In this document: positions 57,608 to 64,000 of the stretch, piece after piece
How the letters are laid out: every line of letters starts with the position of its first letter
Numbering within the stretch: position 1 is the stretch's first letter
DNA from: a virus
Lineage: Duplodnaviria > Heunggongvirae > Uroviricota > Caudoviricetes
IMG/VR virus record: IMGVR_UViG_3300045051_000909
Span: 130,267-194,266 of that record
DNA: 64,000 nt
Strand: one strand, 5' to 3'
Made by a program: the position numbers and the translations under genes
The notes under the pieces: model-generated
Told to the model about the DNA's origin: nothing
Database searches by the model: none
What the model saw: the letters and a program-made list of their open reading frames with translations, nothing else

Positions 57608-58120
57608 ATGAGCCTGCTGAACTCGAAGTTCGACATTGTCTCTGTGGACAACCCGATGGCGCTCGCCGCGCTGGCGCAGGTCCTCGACGTCCCGAACGGC
57701 ATGCAGCTTGGTGCTAACGGTACGCCGACCGCCGGCACCATTCCTCCTGGCGCCGTCGTCACGATGGACGCCAACGGCAAGGCAATCCTGGCGACCTCGG
57801 GTGACATCAGCGTTGCCGCTCAGACGGGCAAGAAGCTGGTGTTCGTGACGCTCGATGGCAACACTGATTACTCGGGCTCCTTCGTTCAGAAGCTCACCGT
57901 GCTCCACGGCGGCTTCACGATGGTGACCGACCAGTTCGACGGTGTCGCGAGCAGCTACACCCCGGGTCTGGCTGTTTCGTTCGATAGCGGCAAGGTCAAG
58001 CTGCTTTCGGCGATGGGTGATCCGACCAAGGCGCAGATCATGGGCTATGTCGGCCCCGCCGGTGGCGATGCTGTCGCAGGCACCGTCCAGATCATCGTTC
58101 CGCAGGGCTGCGGGCTGTAA
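57608..58120 (+). CDS. Probable capsid decoration/cement protein
   Basis: 170 aa, beta-rich and G/A/T-rich, GAGGT RBS, directly upstream of the capsid gene. Confidence 0.5.
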   Translation: MSLLNSKFDIVSVDNPMALAALAQVLDVPNGMQLGANGTPTAGTIPPGAVVTMDANGKAILATSGDISVAAQTGKKLVFVTLDGNTDYSGSFVQKLTVLHGGFTMVTDQFDGVASSYTPGLAVSFDSGKVKLLSAMGDPTKAQIMGYVGPAGGDAVAGTVQIIVPQGCGL

Positions 58121-58189
58121 TTAACTCGAGGATGCTGAATCAAAATCGAACCGGGATTCGCCCGGATGAGCAGTTGGAGGACACCAAAC

Positions 58190-59104
58190 ATGACGTACAA
58201 GACTGAGACCCAGCAGGTGTCCGCCCAGTTCGTCAACGCGAACTTCGTCAAGAAGATCGAGGACGGGCGGATCAAGGAAGCGGCGGCAGAGGGCTCGGCG
58301 TTCATTCGCGAGTTCGTCCGTCAGGAGTCTTACGCGCGCGAGATCATCACGCCGGTGCTGCTGACCGACGATGAGATCGACCGCGATGAGAACACTGACG
58401 AGCCGAAGAAGATCGTCGAGAAGGAGCCGAACAGCGTTGCTACGTTTGTTCAGTTCCAGGGCGCAGGCCCCCGGACCTGGTTCCGTGGCCCCCGCTACTC
58501 GATCTTCTTCGGTAAGACCGAGTCGCAGCACTTCACCAAGAGCAAGTTCCAGCTGATGACGTATCAGAACGACATCCGCAAGATGCTCTCGGACAACTCG
58601 GTCAAGGACATGGCCGATCAGGAAGACAAGAAGTGGCAGGAGACAATTGACATGCTCGCCGCCGCCAACGTGGCTGAGCAGGTCACCGCCGCCACTGCCT
58701 TCTCGAGCACCGACTTCAAGAAGGGCTTCCAGAAGATGGTCGACCGCCGGCGTCCTATCGGCAAGATGACCATGTGCAAGAGCCTCTACTACGAGTCGCT
58801 CGACCTCCCCGCCACCAGCGTCGGTAACGACGTGGCTTCGCGTCACTACGACGATGGCGTCGAGAACGAGGAGAAGCTGTGGGGCATCCCGGTCATCACG
58901 ACCATCAAGTCCCACGTCCACAGCACGAAGAAGGCGTACGTCTACGCTCCCGAGAACTACCTCGGCAACTTCTTCCTGCTCCAGGACGCCACCCTGTACA
59001 TCAAGCAGGAAGCGGACCTGATCACCTTCTGGACCTACGCGGCGCCGGGCATCGGCATCGGCAACCGCCTGTCCTTCCAGGTGATCGACTTCAGCGCGAT
59101 CTAA
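58190..59104 (+). CDS. Probable major capsid protein
   Basis: GGAGG RBS, extreme codon bias, position after protease/scaffold/decoration genes, LWGIPVIT motif typical of HK97-fold capsids, followed by a terminator. Confidence 0.65.
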   Translation: MTYKTETQQVSAQFVNANFVKKIEDGRIKEAAAEGSAFIREFVRQESYAREIITPVLLTDDEIDRDENTDEPKKIVEKEPNSVATFVQFQGAGPRTWFRGPRYSIFFGKTESQHFTKSKFQLMTYQNDIRKMLSDNSVKDMADQEDKKWQETIDMLAAANVAEQVTAATAFSSTDFKKGFQKMVDRRRPIGKMTMCKSLYYESLDLPATSVGNDVASRHYDDGVENEEKLWGIPVITTIKSHVHSTKKAYVYAPENYLGNFFLLQDATLYIKQEADLITFWTYAAPGIGIGNRLSFQVIDFSAI

Positions 59105-59130
59105 TCGCGATGAAAGTGCAGTGAACCACA

Positions 59131-59163
59131 GGGGCGCCTTCTGAAAAGGGGGCGCCCCGTTTT
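59131..59163 (+). terminator. Intrinsic terminator
   Basis: GGGGCGCCTTCT-GAAA-AGGGGGCGCCCC followed by GTTTT. Confidence 0.7.
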
Positions 59164-59185
59164 ACCTCCGTAGAGGAGAATAATC

Positions 59186-59713
59186 ATGGCCGTTCGTACA
59201 ACCGCAGCTCAGAAGGCATTGGTCGGGCAATTGGCGAAGGCAGGCGAGATGCACGCTCGCATGCTGATGGATCATGACGACAAGCTTACGGCACTCGGCA
59301 CCACCGATGCCAGCGGCTACGTCAAGATGGTGTCGGCATCGATCAGCCTGGCCGAGATGCAGGCGCTCGCTGGCGGTGTGAAGACCATCAGCAAGAACGT
59401 CGGCGCGGTGCTGCCGGCTAATGCGCGGCTGCTCGCTGTTAACTACACCCTCGTCCTCATCGACAACGCTGGCGACACCAGCGCCACCACCGCGAAGTGC
59501 GGCGGCACCGATGATGACGGCCTGCTCGCCTTTGCGGACGTCACCACGGGCAGCGGAACCGCGCTGCACGGCAACGGCAATGGCGCTGTGCTTGTCGGCG
59601 ATTCGCTGTCGGCCCAGCAGCTCGTGCTCAACGTGACCTCGGACACCGACCTCAAGGACATGACCAAGGGCTCGCTTGCGGTTGTTGTCCTGTTCACTGT
59701 CCCGGCCGTCTAA
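59186..59713 (+). CDS. Virion protein (decoration-like)
   Basis: AGGAG RBS; beta-rich; strong codon bias. Confidence 0.55.
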   Translation: MAVRTTAAQKALVGQLAKAGEMHARMLMDHDDKLTALGTTDASGYVKMVSASISLAEMQALAGGVKTISKNVGAVLPANARLLAVNYTLVLIDNAGDTSATTAKCGGTDDDGLLAFADVTTGSGTALHGNGNGAVLVGDSLSAQQLVLNVTSDTDLKDMTKGSLAVVVLFTVPAV

Positions 59714-59737
59714 TCGATTCGAAAACCATGACTCATG

Positions 59738-59774
59738 AACGGGGCGTTCCTATCCGGAGCGCCTCGTTTTTTTT
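59738..59774 (+). terminator. Intrinsic terminator
   Basis: AACGGGGCGTTCC-loop-GGAGCGCCTCGTT followed by a T run. Confidence 0.75.
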
Positions 59775-59821
59775 GGTCTTGGTTTAGCCTATGCTTAAGC
59801 TGTACTCAGCAGAGGTACACC

Positions 59822-60070
59822 GTGAGCTTTTTCGAGACCTTAGACCGGCTCAAGAACTTCTTGGCTGATCGGCCGGAGTGGGCATTTCTTGCCATTTCGC
59901 TGACGGTCAATGTGGCCTTGTTTCGGTTGCTCATGCGCGCACATCAGGAACAGCTCGCAACCATGGAGCGGGTCCTCCCTGTCGTTGATCAGCTCACGAC
60001 GCTGGTTCGTACCGCAGCTACGAAGGCACGTAATCGCGCGCTTCCGAAGCCGCCAGAAGGAGAAGCGTAA
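59822..60070 (+). CDS. Small membrane protein (possible holin-like)
   Basis: GAGG RBS and GTG start; one TM segment (WAFLAISLTVNVALF) followed by a coil. Confidence 0.45.
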   Translation: MSFFETLDRLKNFLADRPEWAFLAISLTVNVALFRLLMRAHQEQLATMERVLPVVDQLTTLVRTAATKARNRALPKPPEGEA

Positions 60071-60273
60071 TGTCCTCGTTCCTGAAGAATCTATTTACCG
60101 TTCGCGTTCCAGCGGCGAAAACCGTTGAGAAGGTATCCCGTCAAACCGCGATGCAGCGCTACCATGATCAGATGTCTAAAGCGCACGTTGACCTAATGCA
60201 TGCGGTGGACGACTTGGGGCGGGGTGATATCGAGTTCGCCGATTTCGCTGATGACGACATCTTTACGTCGTAA
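60070..60273 (+). CDS. Hypothetical protein
   Basis: AAGGAG RBS; operon packing. Confidence 0.55.
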   Translation: MSSFLKNLFTVRVPAAKTVEKVSRQTAMQRYHDQMSKAHVDLMHAVDDLGRGDIEFADFADDDIFTS

Positions 60274-60287
60274 ACGGAGGACTTTCA

Positions 60288-60683
60288 ATGCGTATGCTTC
60301 TAGCCGTAACGCTGCTCTCGCTGGGGGCTGCGTGCGCCTCTGAGTATGTCCCGCTGCCGCAAACAGCAGCGTCCGTCCACGAGACGGGTTATAGCTCTTC
60401 AACGGTTGATTGCCTGGAAGTTACCTGCAATACCGTTGGTGATGGCGGAACGATGACACTCGTAGCTAACAAGCGCTACGACATGCAACTCGATGAGGAT
60501 AGTGCTGCACGCTTCCACATCGCAGGTCCGTGTAACAGCTACGCGACAGGTACGGGTAAGAAAGTATCCGCTGGCGCTATGTTCGACTGGACTGCGCCAA
60601 AGACACCCGATGGTGGGGTGCCTGTTGTGCGCTGCTGCTCCAAGACCGGAACCACCGTACTACAGGCGTGCCCCGCTAAGTAG
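60288..60683 (+). CDS. Putative lipoprotein
   Basis: GGAGGA RBS; signal MRMLLAVTLLSLGAAC (lipobox-like); Cys-rich. Confidence 0.6.
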   Translation: MRMLLAVTLLSLGAACASEYVPLPQTAASVHETGYSSSTVDCLEVTCNTVGDGGTMTLVANKRYDMQLDEDSAARFHIAGPCNSYATGTGKKVSAGAMFDWTAPKTPDGGVPVVRCCSKTGTTVLQACPAK

Positions 60684-60707
60684 TACGTTCGCCGCATCGA
60701 GGTCTCC

Positions 60708-62555
60708 ATGCGATTCTTTCTTCTGTTGACGGCGCTCCTGGTGTGCAGCCCCGCGCCAGCCGCGACACGGCTTCAGACGCGGAACCGTGGAGGGGGTGGT
60801 CTACCACCCGCGCTAGTCACACTTCGGTTTGGCTCCTGCACCGCTGTTCCTTCTGGTACCTCTGGGCTAACGATCACGCGCGCAGGGACCAAGAACTACA
60901 CCTGCACGAGCACGGTCAACAGCGCCCCGGCCAACAACCTGGGAGGCTCGGAGATCGGCGCGAACGTCTGGCCGGGGACGGTCAACAAGGTCCGCTACAG
61001 CCAAAACCTGCCTGGCGGATGGGTTCCGAACAACGTTTCCATTACTGCTCCAGTGGGCGTCACCACCCGAACCGGCGCCCAGATGTACAAGGTCACGGCC
61101 GTCGGGAACTCAGGCGCTCCATACCAATTCACTACCGTTCCAGCGACGAACGGTCCGATCACCTTTACCGCAGAGGTTGGCTCGGATGATGGCACATCGA
61201 AGACGGTATCGGTCGGGGCGAACTGCAATGCGACCTGCCTCAAGGTGAGGTGCTGGCGTGAGGATGGCGGGAAGGTGACTCTTCGTCCTCCGTCGATGTG
61301 TTACACGACCGTTTCCGGGTCGCAGCGCGTCAGAATGGGGCTTACCTACTGGATCGACGGCGCCGCACAAACGACTGTCTATCCGCAGTTGATCCCTGGG
61401 ATGTGGTCAGAGAACCTCGGGAGCGCCGCCTTGTTTGGCGATGCGCAACTCGAACTCACTGAGTACCCGACACCGTTTGTTCCGGCAAACCTCGCAGATG
61501 GCACATCCAATGTCGATCTTGTTTCGCTGACCGATTCACTCCCGATTACTTCGTGGGCTATCGCTGCGATGGCGACGCCTGGCGGCCGCTCCGTCTGGTG
61601 GCAACCGACGGTGAGGTATCTTGCCAGTCGGGGGACGGCTGGAGCGAACAACTCGGCTAGCCTCTACATCGACACCAGCAACCACGCAGTGCTCGATGTC
61701 ATCGACGGGAGCGGCAACCACTCCACGGCGACTAGCGGCTATCTGTCGATCCCTCCTGGAAAGTCTGCGCTGATCTCCGGCTACTGGTCGGGTGCGCCTG
61801 GTATCGCCATCGACGGCTCCATTGTTCCGGTCACGCTTTCGGGAGCTGGGATCGGTCTCCAATCGGCTCCCTCCTCCATCTACCTAGGGTCCGGCGATGG
61901 GTCGGGCACGGGAGCGTGGGGTGGTCAGATCGCGGGATTTCAGACCTGCAAGAAGGGGGTTTCCACCTGTGGCTCCTCGCTCGCGCGCCCAGCAGTGCCG
62001 GTCTCCTACTTCATCGGCTGCATCGGCGACTCAATGACCTTTGGGCAGGGCTTGGCCCCATGGCCCACCACACTCGGAACTCTGCTTGGGTCGTCCTATG
62101 TCACGTACAACTATGGGGTCAGCGGCGAAACCTCTGCGCAGATGCTCACGCGGTGGACTAGCACCTACCGCTACACCGCCCGAAGTCACATAACTTTCCT
62201 TGGCGGAATCAATGAGGTGGTCTTCGGAAATGGTGTCCAAGTTTGGCCGAACATCAAAACAATCACCGATCAAGCAGTTGCTGATGGTGTGCGAGTCGTC
62301 CTTCTGACCCTGCTCCCGTTCAAGGGCTCAGGTGGTTGGACGGCTGGAAACCAGTCCGACCTTGAGGCGATCAACGCCAACATCCGCGCCTACGCGAGCC
62401 CGCCGGCGGTCGTTGTCGTGGACACCTACACCGCGATGGGGGGAGCAGATCCTCTCTATCTGAACGCCGCCTACGACAGCGGGGATCACTTCCACCCGAA
62501 CCAGGCCGGGGCCGATGTCATCGCGGCTCTGGTCGCTGCGGCGATTGTGCCATGA
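60708..62555 (+). CDS. Signal-peptide protein with lectin/LamG-like region and C-terminal SGNH/GDSL esterase
   Basis: N-terminal hydrophobic signal; SGNH blocks GDSMTFG, NYGVSGETS, GGINE, DHFHPN. Confidence 0.8.
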   Translation: MRFFLLLTALLVCSPAPAATRLQTRNRGGGGLPPALVTLRFGSCTAVPSGTSGLTITRAGTKNYTCTSTVNSAPANNLGGSEIGANVWPGTVNKVRYSQNLPGGWVPNNVSITAPVGVTTRTGAQMYKVTAVGNSGAPYQFTTVPATNGPITFTAEVGSDDGTSKTVSVGANCNATCLKVRCWREDGGKVTLRPPSMCYTTVSGSQRVRMGLTYWIDGAAQTTVYPQLIPGMWSENLGSAALFGDAQLELTEYPTPFVPANLADGTSNVDLVSLTDSLPITSWAIAAMATPGGRSVWWQPTVRYLASRGTAGANNSASLYIDTSNHAVLDVIDGSGNHSTATSGYLSIPPGKSALISGYWSGAPGIAIDGSIVPVTLSGAGIGLQSAPSSIYLGSGDGSGTGAWGGQIAGFQTCKKGVSTCGSSLARPAVPVSYFIGCIGDSMTFGQGLAPWPTTLGTLLGSSYVTYNYGVSGETSAQMLTRWTSTYRYTARSHITFLGGINEVVFGNGVQVWPNIKTITDQAVADGVRVVLLTLLPFKGSGGWTAGNQSDLEAINANIRAYASPPAVVVVDTYTAMGGADPLYLNAAYDSGDHFHPNQAGADVIAALVAAAIVP

Positions 62556-62589
62556 CAACTTATATCAGTTCTCAGAAGAAGGTGTCTCA

Positions 62590-62862
62590 ATGGCCACAGT
62601 AGCGCTGAACCACAACTACGGTACGCCCGGTGCTCTTCGCTACCAGACGTTGAGTGGCATGCCAGTCGAGGGCGCAATTGTTCGTGTCTACCGCAAAACT
62701 GATTTCGATCAGGGCAGCTATGATTCGGCCGTCGGCGTCACACTTACCAATGCTCGCGGTGAGTGGGCTAATCCTATCAACGTAGACGCCGGGCTCACCT
62801 ACACCGTACAATTTCACAAAGAAGGACTCTACGGCCCTGACAAGGTGGAGGTTGTCATCTAA
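62590..62862 (+). CDS. Small beta-sandwich virion protein
   Basis: PVEGAIVRVY...TNARGEW (prealbumin/CnaB-like pattern). Confidence 0.55.
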   Translation: MATVALNHNYGTPGALRYQTLSGMPVEGAIVRVYRKTDFDQGSYDSAVGVTLTNARGEWANPINVDAGLTYTVQFHKEGLYGPDKVEVVI

Positions 62863-63356
62863 TGCCAGTAACAGCCACCCCAGTCACTACGCAGGTCCTC
62901 AACCAGGATGATATCCGCGGTTTCCTTCGCGATGTCGCGGGTCAGATCCCGAATACCGGCAGTTACAACATCATGTATGACCTGCCAGAGTTTTCGGATG
63001 AAGAGATGCGCCGCGCAATCAAGTTCACCGTAGCCCGGTTCAACGTGATGACTCCGCCGTCGAATGATTCCCAAGACTCGATCAATATTTGGCTTCTCCT
63101 CATCGGAGCCACGGAGTTCTTGCTTACCAGTGAAGCACATCGGCAGACCCGCAACCGTGTAACCTACGGTGATGGCGACGTTCAGCCTGTAGGCCTAGAC
63201 GACAAGACGGAGCTCTACCTGGCCATGGCAAAGCAGTGCCACGACGAGTTCGAGGACAAGGCCAAGAACTACAAGATCAGCCGTAACCTGGAGTCTTGCT
63301 ACGGACACCTCGGGTCTGGTTACCGAAACGTCTCGAGGTTCTTCCATGCTTCGTAG
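62862..63356 (+). CDS. Probable head-tail adaptor/neck protein
   Basis: IRGFLRD...FSDEE...AI...FN..PP pattern; position downstream of the capsid gene. Confidence 0.45.
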   Translation: MPVTATPVTTQVLNQDDIRGFLRDVAGQIPNTGSYNIMYDLPEFSDEEMRRAIKFTVARFNVMTPPSNDSQDSINIWLLLIGATEFLLTSEAHRQTRNRVTYGDGDVQPVGLDDKTELYLAMAKQCHDEFEDKAKNYKISRNLESCYGHLGSGYRNVSRFFHAS

Positions 63357-63642
63357 CGCCTACGAACAAGGCGCCCTCGAGGCCTTTAATAAGTTCTCGG
63401 GGCTCACCGACGTGCAAGACAAGCTCGTCCCCTCCACTGCGCCGTACCTAGAGACGCGGTCTGGTACGAACCCGGGCCGCGAAGATCTCATCATGCAGGC
63501 TTTTCGCACCAACGCCGCCCTCGGAAATCCGTCGAACGTCGATGCCCCGGCGGTCAACCCCGTGCTTAGCAACACACCCGGTTTCAGCCGCGCGAAGTCG
63601 GACACCATGGGCGGCGTCAACGCACTGGAGGACAACGTATGA
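63346..63642 (+). CDS. Small virion-type protein
   Basis: AYEQGALEAFNKFSG motif. Confidence 0.55.
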   Translation: MLRSAYEQGALEAFNKFSGLTDVQDKLVPSTAPYLETRSGTNPGREDLIMQAFRTNAALGNPSNVDAPAVNPVLSNTPGFSRAKSDTMGGVNALEDNV

Positions 63643-64000
63643 GTGAGAATTCCGCGTTGACAAACGATGCCATCAACGTCTTCCTGCCCATGCTGGTTCC
63701 TGGGCTCATGTCCGGCGCTGCCGACCAGACAGGACACCCTATTCTGCGCGGCCTGGGCACGACGGCGGGATCTGTCGCTGGCGGCGTACTCGGAGGGCGT
63801 GTGTTGGGGGGTGGCCCGTTGGGCGCGCTGCTGGGCCATGCGGTCGGCGGGTACGCGGGGCATCGTATCGGTGGGAGCGTACTAGGGTCGGAGCCCAAGC
63901 AGGCGTCTATTTTTGAGCTCGCTTACGAGCTCGGCTGCAAGGCCGCCGCCGCACAGTTCCAGCCTGTCGCGCCGCCGAAGCCCGCCGCTGCGGCGCCTCT
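63639..64000 (+). CDS. Glycine-zipper protein, partial (runs off window)
   Basis: GGAGG RBS, ATG 63639; MSENSALTND...GGVLGG...LGALLGHAVGGYAG...KQAS..AYELGCKAA. Confidence 0.6.
   Translation, partial: MSENSALTNDAINVFLPMLVPGLMSGAADQTGHPILRGLGTTAGSVAGGVLGGRVLGGGPLGALLGHAVGGYAGHRIGGSVLGSEPKQASIFELAYELGCKAAAAQFQPVAPPKPAAAAP

Overview
This window is a GC-rich segment of a large tailed (jumbo-type) bacteriophage genome; I see no bacterial housekeeping context, rRNA, tRNA or CRISPR array. Gene function is strongly split by strand. The minus strand carries replication, recombination and accessory genes: class II ribonucleotide reductase (partial), RuvC-like resolvase, two different primase-helicases, family A DNA polymerase with a UDG-like N-domain, two PD-(D/E)XK nucleases, ParB, an SNF2 helicase, a MoxR ATPase with a VWA/HExxH partner, a retron-type reverse transcriptase, an Hfq/Sm-like protein and a DEDD exonuclease. 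The plus strand carries virion and late genes: terminase, probable portal, a sigma factor, a two-gene multi-subunit RNA polymerase, prohead protease, major capsid and many internal head proteins. Three observations stand out. (1) A ~2 kb non-coding array (16.3-18.2 kb) of about 11 structured ~105-170 nt units has conserved hairpin geometry but variable sequence. It lies directly downstream of the Hfq-like and exonuclease genes, in a phage whose retron-like RT has a double zinc-finger insertion and no adjacent msr/msd, so it is a candidate RT plus RNA-array system. (2) The RNA polymerase fuses beta with the catalytic N-half of beta' and has an inorganic pyrophosphatase domain inserted. (3) An iteron-like TGAGAC cluster next to a primase-helicase is a candidate origin. 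All functional calls come from motif recognition by eye, not from database searches.
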